This document shows, piece by piece, positions 28,280 to 37,894 of a DNA stretch of 45,412 bases. Under the pieces are notes generated by a model. It was not told the origin of the DNA. It was given only the letters and a program-made list of their open reading frames with translations, and did no database searches. Numbering within the stretch: the stretch's first letter is position 1; every line of letters begins with the position of its first letter. The stretch lies in the NCBI GenBank assembly GCA_963739305.1, contig CAVTZU010000035.1:1-45412 (forward strand), given 5' to 3'. This DNA comes from Candidatus Bathyarchaeota archaeon (GTDB lineage Archaea; Thermoproteota; Bathyarchaeia; Bathyarchaeales; Bathycorpusculaceae). The position numbers and the translations under genes were made by a program.

Positions 28280-29416
28280 CTGAAGCTCTATGAATATGAA
28301 GCAAAAAACATACTGTCTAAATACGGAATTGCAGTACCTCAAGGCGGGCACGCAACAACCGCGACTCAGGCTCAGGAAATTGCCGCACGGCTCAGGCCGC
28401 CTGTTGTCGTCAAAGCCCAGGTCCTAGTTGCAGGGCGCGGAAAGGCTGGAGGAATACTTTTTGCCCAATCTGCTGAAGAGGCGCAGAGAATCGCACAGAA
28501 GATACTGGATATGAAGATAAAGGGTCTTCCTGTCAAGAGCGTCTGGGTCGAGGAAAAGATAGACGTTAAAAGGGAACTCTATTTCGGAATAACAACAGAC
28601 AGATTCAATCGGTGCTACGTCGCAGTTGCCTCTTCGATTGGCGGTGTTGACATAGAAGAGGTGGCTTCCAAAACCCCTGAAAAAGTCATCAAAGTCGAAG
28701 TCAACCCTCTACTTGGTCTACGCACTTTCCAAGCACGAGAAATCGCCAGAAACATGGGGTACGGTGGCAACCAGATCTTGGAGCTCGGACGAGTTCTCGA
28801 AAGATTGTACGCCGCTGCAATGGAAAATGATGCTGAATTGATTGAGATGAACCCCGTGGTCGAGACTGTTGACGGAAAGTTCATCGCTGCAGACGCTCGT
28901 ATCATCATCGACGACAACGCTCTGTTTAGGCATCAAGACTACAAGAGAAGACTTCTAGAGGGTGAAGGCGACTTGAGCCCTCAGGAACTTGAAGCCTTGA
29001 ACAACGATTTGGCTTATGTCAGGCTTGAAGGAAATATTGGCGTTATCGGCAACGGAGCAGGGCTAGTTATGGCAACTCTCGACACGATCCAATACTACGG
29101 CGGAAAGCCAGCTAATTTTCTGGACGTGGGCGGAGGAGCGGCTTCAGAAAAAACTGCTGTTTCCCTCAGAATAGTGCTTTCGGACCCACGGATCAAGACT
29201 CTGTTCATTAACATCCTTGGCGGCATCACACGTTGTGATGAGGTCGCAAAGGGCATTCTTGAAGCAAAAGAGAAGGTGGGAGTGACCATTCCGATGGTCA
29301 TACGGCTCGTGGGCACAAACGAGGAAGAAGGAAAACGAATACTTACCGACGCGGGAATTCACGTTTTTGAAAGCATGGAAGAAGCGGCCAAACGTGCCGT
29401 TGAGATGGCTAGTTAA
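28280..29416 (+). CDS. sucC: Succinyl-CoA ligase (ADP-forming) beta subunit, CTG start
   Basis: (M)KLYEYEAK, VKAQVLVAGRGKAGG upstream of the tracked ORF; EMNP, GNGAGL.MAT.D, ANFLD.GGGA, NILGGITRCD, RLVGTN. Confidence 0.93.
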   Translation: MKLYEYEAKNILSKYGIAVPQGGHATTATQAQEIAARLRPPVVVKAQVLVAGRGKAGGILFAQSAEEAQRIAQKILDMKIKGLPVKSVWVEEKIDVKRELYFGITTDRFNRCYVAVASSIGGVDIEEVASKTPEKVIKVEVNPLLGLRTFQAREIARNMGYGGNQILELGRVLERLYAAAMENDAELIEMNPVVETVDGKFIAADARIIIDDNALFRHQDYKRRLLEGEGDLSPQELEALNNDLAYVRLEGNIGVIGNGAGLVMATLDTIQYYGGKPANFLDVGGGAASEKTAVSLRIVLSDPRIKTLFINILGGITRCDEVAKGILEAKEKVGVTIPMVIRLVGTNEEEGKRILTDAGIHVFESMEEAAKRAVEMAS

Positions 29417-29429
29417 GGAGGCGATCGAT

Positions 29430-30314
29430 TTGGGGATATTGATCAATGGAAATACGCGAGTAGTCGTTCAAGGAATAACAGGATCTCAAGGGAGTTTTCA
29501 CACCAAGCTAATGCTCGACTATGGAACGAAAATAGTTGGAGGAGTGACGCCCGGAAAGGGTGGATCACAGGTCCAAGGCGTTCGAGTCTACGACACGCTT
29601 GCGGAGGCTCAGGAAAAATCACTAGCTGATGCTTGGATATGCTTTGTTCCTGCGCCCTTCGCGGCCGATGCGGCCCTTGAGGCTCTTGAGAACGGGATAA
29701 AGACGCTCGTAATAATAACGGAACACATTCCCATAAAAGACGCGATCCAAGTTATGGCTTATGCCAGGCAGATGAATGCATCCATTATCGGTCCGAACAC
29801 ACCAGGCATAATAACGCCGGGCCAATGCAAGCTCGGCATCATGCCTTCGCATATCTTCCAGTCTGGGAAGATTGGGATGGTTTCCAGAAGTGGAACTCTG
29901 ACTTACGAGATTGCAGCTGGCCTGACTAAGAATCGGCTCGGTCAATCAACGTGCTTCGGGCTCGGAGGAGATCCTATAACTGGACTGAACTTCATAGATT
30001 CGTTGAAAATGTTCGAAAAAGATGCAGAGACCGAGGCTGTCGTGTTAATCGGGGAGATTGGAGGAAACCTGGAGGAACTCGCGGCAGACTATATTACAGC
30101 TTCAAAATACTCTAAACCCGTCGTAGCTTTCGTGGCAGGGAGGTCTGCTCCGCCGGGAAAGCGCATGGGTCACGCCGGAGCAATCGTGATGGGCAAGGCA
30201 GGGACTGCCGAAAGCAAGATTGAAGCTTTGATAAAAGCTAACGTGCGAGTTGCTGAGAAGCCGGGAGACGTTCCTCAGCTTCTACAGAGCGCCCTCAAGG
30301 ATAAGAGACGATGA
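29430..30314 (+). CDS. sucD: Succinyl-CoA ligase alpha subunit
   Basis: TTG after AGGAGG; [44 protein letters not shown] (phospho-His). Confidence 0.95.
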   Translation: MGILINGNTRVVVQGITGSQGSFHTKLMLDYGTKIVGGVTPGKGGSQVQGVRVYDTLAEAQEKSLADAWICFVPAPFAADAALEALENGIKTLVIITEHIPIKDAIQVMAYARQMNASIIGPNTPGIITPGQCKLGIMPSHIFQSGKIGMVSRSGTLTYEIAAGLTKNRLGQSTCFGLGGDPITGLNFIDSLKMFEKDAETEAVVLIGEIGGNLEELAADYITASKYSKPVVAFVAGRSAPPGKRMGHAGAIVMGKAGTAESKIEALIKANVRVAEKPGDVPQLLQSALKDKRR

Positions 30315-30390
30315 GGTTCGCAGGCAATACGCAAAGTATATTTGACACAGGCTCGTGCTAGTGTTAGCTACTTGAACGTGGTACGATCAG

Positions 30391-30552
30391 ATGCCCATAC
30401 TCGATCCATTGAAGAAGGCTTTGGCTCAGAAGCACAGGCTCTACTTGAAGATATGTCGTGATTGTGGAGCAAGAAATGCTGCCACCGCGGTAAAATGTAG
30501 GAAATGTCATGCCAAGAACCTGCGTTGGAAAAAGCGAGAGATCGTAAAGTAA
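30391..30552 (+). CDS. rpl40e: 50S ribosomal protein L40e (53 aa, not in ORF track)
   Basis: MPILDPLKKALAQKHRLYLKICRDCGARNAATAVKCRKCHAKNLRWKKREIVK. Confidence 0.93.
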   Translation: MPILDPLKKALAQKHRLYLKICRDCGARNAATAVKCRKCHAKNLRWKKREIVK

Positions 30553-30573
30553 TCTGCTGATTTTTTCCATTTT

Positions 30574-31188
30574 CTAGAGAAGGTTGTACAAGCTCTCGAT
30601 GTTGAAAGCCGTGTTTGCACATCCATTCTTTATCAAGGGAACATTTTGACCTACGACGTTCATGGTCTTCAGAATGTCTCCGCCGGCTTTCACCTCTTCG
30701 CCACAGGCAACGCCGACGATGCCTTCGTATTGTTTGGTTTTCAAAATCTTTGGGATGCAAGAACCGCCTGGCAAAATGTAAACGTCGTATCCTTTGTTCT
30801 GCGCAAAGGTTACTGCGGTTCCCACGGAACAATCTGGTGAGCAGTGAGCGCAGACGTACGAGGGAATGTTCGGGTCAAAATTCGCTTTGCATCTGCCGTC
30901 CATGTACTTTCTGGAGCAGTGTGGCAGGAAAAGGGCTCGCTTTTTCGTTTGAATAAACTTTTCTCTTTCAATGAGGTTTCTGGCTTGCGTATCCATGAGA
31001 TCCTGCAACAACGTGACAGCATCATACAGGTTGAGTCCTGTTGCCTCTTGGATCTTGAATGTCCTTATGATCTCCTGTGCTTTCTTTCCGAACTGTTTGT
31101 TCATTCCCTTCTCATAACTGATTTTTGCGATTTCAGTGAATACGAATCGCGGTATCTTTGAGAGATCAAAGGTGAATTTGTATGGCAT
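30574..31188 (-). CDS. DUF116-family protein
   Basis: LFLPHC.R...C, C.HC..DC, YILPGGS, GVAC..E, PL.KNGC.NT. Confidence 0.85.
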   Translation of the reverse strand: MPYKFTFDLSKIPRFVFTEIAKISYEKGMNKQFGKKAQEIIRTFKIQEATGLNLYDAVTLLQDLMDTQARNLIEREKFIQTKKRALFLPHCSRKYMDGRCKANFDPNIPSYVCAHCSPDCSVGTAVTFAQNKGYDVYILPGGSCIPKILKTKQYEGIVGVACGEEVKAGGDILKTMNVVGQNVPLIKNGCANTAFNIESLYNLL

Positions 31189-31274
31189 ACCGTATGGTGT
31201 AGAGGGACAAACCTTTAAGATTACCTGTTTTCATAATACTTGGAAAATCGAAGGCTGAAGCAGAGGAGACTAAT

Positions 31275-31679
31275 TTGAGTAGGATATTCGGTAAGAATAA
31301 GGAAGAAAAGAAGCAAACGGTTCAAGCCGTTGAGAAACCGCAAAAGATGTCGGAACTCGAGCAGCTGGCGGGAGACGACAAAATGAGCTACGACGCACTC
31401 GCGCAAGTGATGTTTCTTGATCCTAGAAAAATCGAGACTTCTATGAAACAAGCCGTTGATAACGCTAAGAAAGCCGAGAAAGACGGCGACATAGCGAAAG
31501 CGGGAATGTGGTATGAGGTTGCTGGAGGTCTGGCGATCTACGAAGGAAACGTGAAAAAAGTCGTTGAGTGCTACGGTGAAGCACACCGGGTCATTGGTCG
31601 AGATTACAAGATTCTTGCGAGCCCAGAAAAAGCAGTCGCGTTGGCCAAAGAGTATTACAAGCGATACCTAATGACGTGA
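31275..31679 (+). CDS. Hypothetical helical (TPR-like) protein
   Basis: GAGGAG then TTG; A..WYEVAGGLA.Y.G......ECY helical-repeat pattern. Confidence 0.7.
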   Translation: MSRIFGKNKEEKKQTVQAVEKPQKMSELEQLAGDDKMSYDALAQVMFLDPRKIETSMKQAVDNAKKAEKDGDIAKAGMWYEVAGGLAIYEGNVKKVVECYGEAHRVIGRDYKILASPEKAVALAKEYYKRYLMT

Positions 31680-31690
31680 AAATGACCTTG

Positions 31691-32116
31691 CTATTTCTCT
31701 TCTCGTGAAGGTTCCAGAAGATCCCTGAGAGACCTTACCTCTTCTCTCAGCGTTCCTACTTCGTCTTCAAGGGCATTGGCCCTCGATTCTGCGAGTTTCC
31801 TCAGGTTCTCGATTTCGGTCATAAGATTTGCTCTTTCATTTTCGAGTGTTTTGATTTTCTCGCGTAGGTTCATCAGTGTCTGCATGAGCCCTTCCTTTAC
31901 GGTTCTAATTCTTCCTACCATGTCTTTAATGCTTACGGTTTCTTGAGTTTCCTTTTTGGCCTCGATAGCTGATCTGAACCTAGCTTTGCAGTTGGGACAT
32001 TCGAAGATTGCGGCAAGCTTCACTTCTTCGTTTCTTTTCATGGACTTGCGGGACGGGATGGGCCATGTCTTGACTGGAGTCGAGACCTCGAACCCACAGT
32101 TGGGACAGTTGACCAA
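31691..32116 (-). CDS. Zn-ribbon (Cren7-like) domain + coiled-coil protein
   Basis: CPNCG..V..PVKTW...AIFECPNCKARFR then about 75 aa of heptad repeats; GGAGGAG upstream. Confidence 0.75.
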   Translation of the reverse strand: MVNCPNCGFEVSTPVKTWPIPSRKSMKRNEEVKLAAIFECPNCKARFRSAIEAKKETQETVSIKDMVGRIRTVKEGLMQTLMNLREKIKTLENERANLMTEIENLRKLAESRANALEDEVGTLREEVRSLRDLLEPSREEK

Positions 32117-32216
32117 GCAGTCTCCTCCTCATTGAATTGTGGAGTGGCGAATTTAAAATCTGTTTTGGGAGTTAGTCATGAAGTTTTTGAGTTTATAAAA
32201 AAAGGAAGGTGATTTG

Positions 32217-33188
32217 TTAGATAGTCATGAGAAACATTAGTCTTTCAACGAGTTCTTTGTACCGGTTTCTAATCGTCACTTCGGTTACCTGCGCGATTTC
32301 GGCTATTTCTCTCTGCGTCTTTCTTTCTCCGGTTAATACAGAAGCTATGTAACTGGCCGCGGCGGCGATGCCCGTTGGGCCTCGTCCTGAAGTGAGTTTG
32401 AGTTCCTTTGCGGCTCCCAAAATTTTATGCGCGATTTCCTCCACTTTTCCCTGCATTGTCAATTGATTGGAGAACTTGGTTATGTACTGGCTTGGTTTCA
32501 ACGGCGGTATTTGGTAGTCGAGTTCCTTGATCAGAAAACGGTAACTGCGTCCGACTTCCTTCTTGTTGACGCTGGATGCTTGGGCTATTTCTTCCAGCGT
32601 CCTTGCTAGTCCACATTGCCTGCAAGCTAGATATATGGCGGCAGCCGTCACTCCTTGAATCGATCTTCCTCTGATCAGTCGTTCTTTCACAGCTTTTCTG
32701 TAAATGACGGAAGCTGTCTCAAGGATGCTTTTAGGAAGGTTAAGGTTGTTGGCGATCTTCGTGATTTCAGATAATGCGAATGCAAGGTTGCGCTCGGTTG
32801 CGTCTGAGACTCTTATGCGCCGCTGCCACTTTCTCAGCCTGTAAACTTGAGCTTTTTGTCCTGGTGAGAGACTCTTCCCATAAACGTCTCTATCGTGCCA
32901 GTCGATCATCGTTGACAAGCCTTTGTCGTGGATCGTGTAAGTCAATGGTGCGCCAACTCGCGTTCTCTTCGCCCTTTGTTCATCATCAAAAGCTCTCCAT
33001 TCAGGTCCCCTGTCAGCTATCTTTGCAGCGAGCACGAAACCACAATTCATGCATACCAGTTCAGCGTTTTCGTAATCGCGCATCAATCTTGTGCTGTGGC
33101 ATTCCGGGCAGGTTTGGATTTTTGCCGGCTCACGAGTTTGTGCTGTTGGAGAATCTTGATTTGCTTGCACCTCATCAGTGTCATCCAT
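32217..33188 (-). CDS. tfb: Transcription initiation factor IIB
   Basis: CPEC..C.NCG Zn ribbon, [49 protein letters not shown]. Confidence 0.98.
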   Translation of the reverse strand: MDDTDEVQANQDSPTAQTREPAKIQTCPECHSTRLMRDYENAELVCMNCGFVLAAKIADRGPEWRAFDDEQRAKRTRVGAPLTYTIHDKGLSTMIDWHDRDVYGKSLSPGQKAQVYRLRKWQRRIRVSDATERNLAFALSEITKIANNLNLPKSILETASVIYRKAVKERLIRGRSIQGVTAAAIYLACRQCGLARTLEEIAQASSVNKKEVGRSYRFLIKELDYQIPPLKPSQYITKFSNQLTMQGKVEEIAHKILGAAKELKLTSGRGPTGIAAAASYIASVLTGERKTQREIAEIAQVTEVTIRNRYKELVERLMFLMTI

Positions 33189-33438
33189 ACTTGTTTTTCT
33201 CCTTTCTCCTCTTTGAGGGGATTACATAGAGTGGTTTATTCACCGTTTTATACGGATCATGTATAGTGGGTCTGATTGCGACGTAGGGCGAGGATACCGG
33301 TCCAAGTATGTCAAAAACTTTTCCGACGGGTTTCAGCTTTTCGTCAATGACGGTTTCGCCGATCTTCGGAATATTTTCAACCTTCATTATTATGTTGCGG
33401 CTCGGACTAATGTGAAGGACTAAGCCTAATCTCTGCAA
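33181..33438 (-). CDS. gar1: H/ACA RNP subunit Gar1
   Basis: LG.VLH.S, P.IG..V.D....VGKV.DI.GPV..PY; conserved position upstream of tfb. Confidence 0.92.
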   Translation of the reverse strand: MQRLGLVLHISPSRNIIMKVENIPKIGETVIDEKLKPVGKVFDILGPVSSPYVAIRPTIHDPYKTVNKPLYVIPSKRRKEKNKYG

Positions 33439-33485
33439 ACTTGCGTTTTCCCCTCAGCAAAAGCAACATGCTTCAACGAAACAGC

Positions 33486-33500
33486 ATATTTAAACTTTTC
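33486..33500 (-). promoter_or_regulatory. BRE/TATA promoter of gar1-tfb
   Basis: Reverse complement gaaaagtttaaatat. Confidence 0.6.
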
Positions 33501-33686
33501 TGCGTTTAAGGTGTTCGAAATGGCGTTTTCTTCAAAAATCAGCTTGATAGCGCGGTCTTCGACTCAATTCTGGATGCCATTGTGGCAGAAAAGCAGTTTG
33601 AGAACGACTTCAGGAATTTTCGTTTCCAAAGTATTATAGGATTGAATAGCCCCATTTTCTTCTCGACTGTCAAGGCCGAGAAAGGT

Positions 33687-34979
33687 TTGACTCTTTACAA
33701 GTTCGACACCAGCGAAGAATCTGCACGTAGGCTCAATGCGGAGGATCCTCTATCTCATTTCCGCCAAAGATTCTACGTTCAACGTGAAACTATCTATGTT
33801 GACGGCAACTCCCTGGGGCTTCTTTCCAGAGACGCCGAGCGTTCAGTCTTGCTGTCTTTGGAAGAATGGCACAAGCTAGGAGTCAGAGGGTGGCTGGAGG
33901 CTAAGAGGCCTTGGTTCTACTTTGCAGAGGAGTTGGGTGCAAAGTGTTCCAAATTGGTTGGGGCCAGAGCCGACGAAGTCATGCTGACGGGAACGACAAC
34001 GATCAACATACATCAACTTGTACACACCTTCTACCAGCCTGAAAAGAAACGAACCAAGATCCTTGCTGACAAACTGACTTTTCCAACCGACATATACGCT
34101 CTTAGAAGCATACTGAAGCTAAGAGGGCACGATCCCGACTCAGATCTCGTTTTTGCACCGACGACAAACAACCGATACTTGGATGAGGATGGAATAATCG
34201 ACATGATGGATGATGAAACCGCATTAGTCTTTCTTCCATCCGTCCTGTACAGAAGTGGCCAGCTGCTCAATATGGAGCGTTTGACGATGGAAGCCCACAA
34301 AAGGGAAATTCCAATTGGGTTTGACTGTTCTCATTCGGTCGGGGTCGTACCCCATCATTTTGACAAGTGGAAGTTGGATTTTGCATTGTGGTGCAGTTAC
34401 AAGTATCTGAATGGTGGACCGGGCAGTTCAGCCTTCCTTTATCTGAACAAGCGGCATTTCAAACGAGAACCTGCACTTGCTGGGTGGTTTGGATACATCA
34501 AAGACAAACAATTCGATCTTGCAGTCGAGTTTGAACACTCCAAGACAGCAGGAGGATGGCAAATCTCCTCGCCGTCGATTCTCAGTTCCGCACCAGTCGA
34601 GGGCTCGTTAGATCTGATTCTCAAAGCAGGCATCAATACGATTAGAAAGAAATCTCTGAAAATGACCTCCTACCTCATGTACCTTGTCGACCAAGAACTC
34701 TGTCGTGTTCCGTATAATTTCTCGATTGGAACACCGAGAGAAGCAGAACGCAGAGGCGGACACGTAGCTATTGAACACAAGGACGCATTAAGAGTCAGTG
34801 AAGCTCTCAGAGCAAGGGGAGTGATTGTTGATTTTCGTCCTCCGAACGTGATCCGAATCGCTCCCATACCCCTGTACAACTCATATAGGGAAATCTGGAG
34901 AATAGTTCAACACTTGAAGGCAATTATCGACAAAAGAGAGCACGAGAAGATTTCTAAGACTAGAAAAGCCATCTCGTAA
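33687..34979 (+). CDS. kynU: Kynureninase (PLP-dependent)
   Basis: DPL..FR..F, Y.DGNSLG, FPTD.Y, D.SHS.G, WCSYKYLNGGPG, GWFG, RGGHV, DFR.P..IR.AP.PLYN; likely start TTG 33687. Confidence 0.92.
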   Translation: MTLYKFDTSEESARRLNAEDPLSHFRQRFYVQRETIYVDGNSLGLLSRDAERSVLLSLEEWHKLGVRGWLEAKRPWFYFAEELGAKCSKLVGARADEVMLTGTTTINIHQLVHTFYQPEKKRTKILADKLTFPTDIYALRSILKLRGHDPDSDLVFAPTTNNRYLDEDGIIDMMDDETALVFLPSVLYRSGQLLNMERLTMEAHKREIPIGFDCSHSVGVVPHHFDKWKLDFALWCSYKYLNGGPGSSAFLYLNKRHFKREPALAGWFGYIKDKQFDLAVEFEHSKTAGGWQISSPSILSSAPVEGSLDLILKAGINTIRKKSLKMTSYLMYLVDQELCRVPYNFSIGTPREAERRGGHVAIEHKDALRVSEALRARGVIVDFRPPNVIRIAPIPLYNSYREIWRIVQHLKAIIDKREHEKISKTRKAIS

Positions 34980-35042
34980 TTGAGAAGTCGTTGAAATCAC
35001 TTTTTTCAACAGTCTTTTAAGAACTTCCTCCATTAGGTTTAC

Positions 35043-35513
35043 ATGGCGATATTAATGTCAGAAACGCCTCGTGAATTTGACTCGGCTTTCTTGGAGTCTG
35101 AACTCAAAGGTAAAACCCTTCTTATCTACTGGTACATGCTTCAACAGTCAACGCACACCGTTGGAGTGCGTGAAGTTCAGCGCGCGCTCAGTTTTTCGAG
35201 CCCAAGCATTGCAGTTCATCATCTTCAAAAGCTGCAGAATCTGGGGCTTGTTGAAAAGAAAGGAACAGGTGAGTATGTGCTTGAGGGCGAGGTGAAGGTC
35301 GGGATCCTGCGGTTTTTTACTCGCTTAGGACGGTTCCTCGTTCCTCGATACCTCTTCTATTCAGTCTTATTCACAACTATGCTGACTGTCTACTTGATAC
35401 TATGCGTGATAGGGCAGATCGTGCCTAGCTTCTATGCCGTCAGCTTTGGGGGGATCGGGCTCCTGATTTTTTGGGTTGAAACCTTCAGGCTATGGAGGGC
35501 AAGGCCGGTATGA
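35043..35513 (+). CDS. Membrane-tethered winged-helix regulator
   Basis: GVREVQRAL.FSSPS.A.HHLQKL..LGLVEK..GEY followed by two TM helices. Confidence 0.82.
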   Translation: MAILMSETPREFDSAFLESELKGKTLLIYWYMLQQSTHTVGVREVQRALSFSSPSIAVHHLQKLQNLGLVEKKGTGEYVLEGEVKVGILRFFTRLGRFLVPRYLFYSVLFTTMLTVYLILCVIGQIVPSFYAVSFGGIGLLIFWVETFRLWRARPV

Positions 35514-35552
35514 TCTCTCAACATTCTGTTCTAAAGCGTAGAACTAAAAGAA

Positions 35553-35882
35553 ATGACTGTGCTGTCAAAGGCAGGGATGCTTGAAGTGAAGAGGCTCCTT
35601 ATCTACGTTGCAAGCGCTGTCGTACTGGGGATTTTGGTGACGGTGATTCCTTTGATCACTTTCGCTGAAGTAAAACATGAATCGTTCGTTCTAACTTCAC
35701 CGTGGCTAAATGAAAACATTCGCGGGCTGGAGGGCTACAGCAATCTTGGTACACCGAATTCAGACAGCTTCGGCTTCACAATTCTGGTCGTGAGTTTTGT
35801 CGTTTCCATGGTCGTCTACCTCTTCGTCAGGCACAGAGTACCCAGACATGACCTTCCATGGGCCAGATTCCCAGTGTACTAA
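35553..35882 (+). CDS. Hypothetical 2-TM membrane protein
   Basis: Two hydrophobic segments; co-oriented 40 nt after the regulator. Confidence 0.65.
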   Translation: MTVLSKAGMLEVKRLLIYVASAVVLGILVTVIPLITFAEVKHESFVLTSPWLNENIRGLEGYSNLGTPNSDSFGFTILVVSFVVSMVVYLFVRHRVPRHDLPWARFPVY

Positions 35883-36057
35883 ATCTAGTACAATGGTGTT
35901 CTGAAACATAGCATTATGCTTCCCCAAATCTCTCTATCTATTGAAAGATCGAGAGAATAGTTATGAAAGAGAATCGAAGTCACGGAGTCAAGAGAATTGC
36001 CAGACTTTGGGTTCATGATGTCGAAAACAAGGATCGGGCCGCATCGAAAACGAGGAA

Positions 36058-36279
36058 ATGATCGATATGTCAGCGAGCGTTCTTCAACGCCGATTGGAGA
36101 AAAATCTGCGGGAAAAACAATGCCTTGAAACTGAGAACCCTGCTGGTATGAAGCTTATTGTAATCTGTCAGGTCTGCATCCGATGCGGTCAAGTATTTCC
36201 CTTCAAACAGGGGCGAAAAAGTTGCCCTCAGTGTTCTGGTCTGTTGATAGCCAAGACTATGATTCGCAAACGCTCTTAG
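36058..36279 (+). CDS. Possible small Zn-ribbon protein
   Basis: CIRCG...CPQCSG; GAGGA upstream; start uncertain. Confidence 0.45.
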   Translation: MIDMSASVLQRRLEKNLREKQCLETENPAGMKLIVICQVCIRCGQVFPFKQGRKSCPQCSGLLIAKTMIRKRS

Positions 36280-36407
36280 GATTCTCACTTTCTAGTAAAG
36301 GTCATGAATGTTATATTCATTGGTCTTGGTTCCTTTCACGGGGTCAAATCCTGCGAATCGGAGTCTTGACTTGAAAACGGGATCTTAGAAACTTCAAACT
36401 ATGTGGT

Positions 36408-36423
36408 CGAAACCTTCTTAAAT
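36408..36423 (+). promoter_or_regulatory. BRE/TATA promoter of the rpl7ae operon
   Basis: cgaaaccttcttaaat about 43 nt before ATG 36466. Confidence 0.55.
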
Positions 36424-36465
36424 GAGGACTGTTGATTAGACTGTGCATTTGAAAGGGTGAGGCTT

Positions 36466-36846
36466 ATGTCCAAACCATTCTACGTCAAGTTTGAAGTCTC
36501 GAAAGAGCTTGCAGATGCAGCCTATGAAGCCCTGCAAATAGCTGCAAAGACAGGCGCAGTTAGAAAGGGAACGAACGAAACGACGAAAGCGATAGAAAGA
36601 GCACAAGCTAAGCTTGTGATTATCGCTGAGGACGTTCAACCGCCAGAAGTTGTCGCACACTTGCCGCTGTTGTGTGAGGAACGAAAAATCCCGTACATAT
36701 ATGTTCCAACCAAAGAGAAGATTGGCACAGCGATAGGCATCGACGTACCAGCAGGTGCTGCAAGCATCGTCAAAGAAGGAGACGCAGCAGGTCTAGTCAA
36801 AGAAATAGTTTCAAGATTAGAGCAGGTCAAACGAGGAGCCGCGTGA
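36466..36846 (+). CDS. rpl7ae: 50S ribosomal protein L7Ae
   Basis: [42 protein letters not shown]. Confidence 0.97.
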   Translation: MSKPFYVKFEVSKELADAAYEALQIAAKTGAVRKGTNETTKAIERAQAKLVIIAEDVQPPEVVAHLPLLCEERKIPYIYVPTKEKIGTAIGIDVPAGAASIVKEGDAAGLVKEIVSRLEQVKRGAA

Positions 36847-37076
36847 TGAGCAGAGAAGCCAGAGAGAGTGCGCAGGTTGAACTCATTCCGGCCGAAGTTA
36901 TTCAAGTGATCGGTCGCACAGGAGTTACGGGCGAAATAAGCCAAGTCAGAGTTCGCATTCTCGAAGGAAAAGATAAAGGTCGAATCATCTCGCGTAACGT
37001 GAAAGGACCAGTTCGGGCTCAAGACATTCTCATGTTGAGAGAAACAGAGAGAGAAGCCAAGAAAATCAACAGGTAA
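36843..37076 (+). CDS. rps28e: 30S ribosomal protein S28e
   Basis: [41 protein letters not shown]. Confidence 0.97.
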   Translation: MMSREARESAQVELIPAEVIQVIGRTGVTGEISQVRVRILEGKDKGRIISRNVKGPVRAQDILMLRETEREAKKINR

Positions 37077-37108
37077 GCCAGGACGAGAAATAGCGGGAGA
37101 CCTCGAGG

Positions 37109-37306
37109 ATGCCGAGACCGAGAAAATGCTCATTCTGTGGCAGCGACTTTCCGCCAGGCACAGGCATGATGTTCATCAAGAACGACGGGTCAATCCTCTG
37201 GTTCTGCTCTAGCAAATGTAGAAAGAGCTCATTGTTCTTAAGAAGAGACCCGCGTAAACTCAAGTGGACGACGTATTTCGGGAAAGAAGAGAAAGGAAAA
37301 GCATAG
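37109..37306 (+). CDS. rpl24e: 50S ribosomal protein L24e
   Basis: CSFCG...PGTG.M.I.NDG....FCSSKC......R.PRKLKWT. Confidence 0.97.
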   Translation: MPRPRKCSFCGSDFPPGTGMMFIKNDGSILWFCSSKCRKSSLFLRRDPRKLKWTTYFGKEEKGKA

Positions 37307-37385
37307 TTTCCCTTTTTCAGGAAATATCTTCATTAACGTTTTCTAATCCTCATTCTCCGCTTTGGTGAGGTCGGAGTAGAATGCT

Positions 37386-37464
37386 TGGTAGCGGGGAGTA
37401 GATTTGAACTACTGATCTCTGGGTTATGAGCCCAGCGGGTTAATCCTGGCTACCCCACCCCGCT
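37386..37464 (-). tRNA. Initiator tRNA-Met (CAT), CCA encoded
   Basis: Reverse complement AGCGGGG...CTGGG-CT-CAT-AA-CCCAG...GTTCAAATC...CCCCGCT-A-CCA; A1:U72 pair and three G-C pairs in the anticodon stem mark an archaeal initiator. Confidence 0.95.
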
Positions 37465-37564
37465 GCTCGACAACCTGGAGCTGACCTCTCCGGAAGTTGA
37501 CAGCACATCATTTACAGAAGTTGGTTACATTAAGGTTTCGATACTAGTCGCGATCATACGCGCG

Positions 37565-37669
37565 CTTGAGAAATCTTTCCCTGCAAAGCATAAGCTCTAC
37601 ATATTTGGCGCTCTTGGTGGGGTAATTGCGACTGGCATGGCTATTTACATAAGGAAATCGAAAGCATGA
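37565..37669 (+). pseudogene. Startless C-terminal remnant (TM anchor + basic tail) of a surface protein
   Basis: LEKSFPAKHKLYIFGALGGVIATGMAIYIRKSKA*; begins at CG tract 37559-37565; no ATG/GTG/TTG in frame back to the stop at 37427. Confidence 0.45.
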
Positions 37670-37894
37670 GTTAGACTGGAAACTCGAGCTTTTGGCCAAC
37701 GAAACTCGAGCTGAGCCCCACTGTCCTTAACGTGCGCTGTAGTGAGATGGAGTGGGCATATTGATTTGAAATTCATTAAGACTATAAACTAAAGGTTTGA
37801 TTCTATGTCAAGGAAAGATGTGACGCTGGAAAGTGTGCACTCGCTGACATTCCTGATCTCCTGTTGAATGGAGGCACGTTAACTGTCAACAACT

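Noticed and set aside
30364-30832. Tracked ORFs 30364..30570 and 30368..30832, and the many other antisense or overlapping ORFs in the track
   Set aside because: Shadow ORFs of well-supported genes (here rpl40e and DUF116) with no motifs
36440-36470. K-turn autoregulatory element in the rpl7ae leader (two TGA words flank the SD)
   Set aside because: I could not build a convincing canonical stem by eye; needs a covariance search
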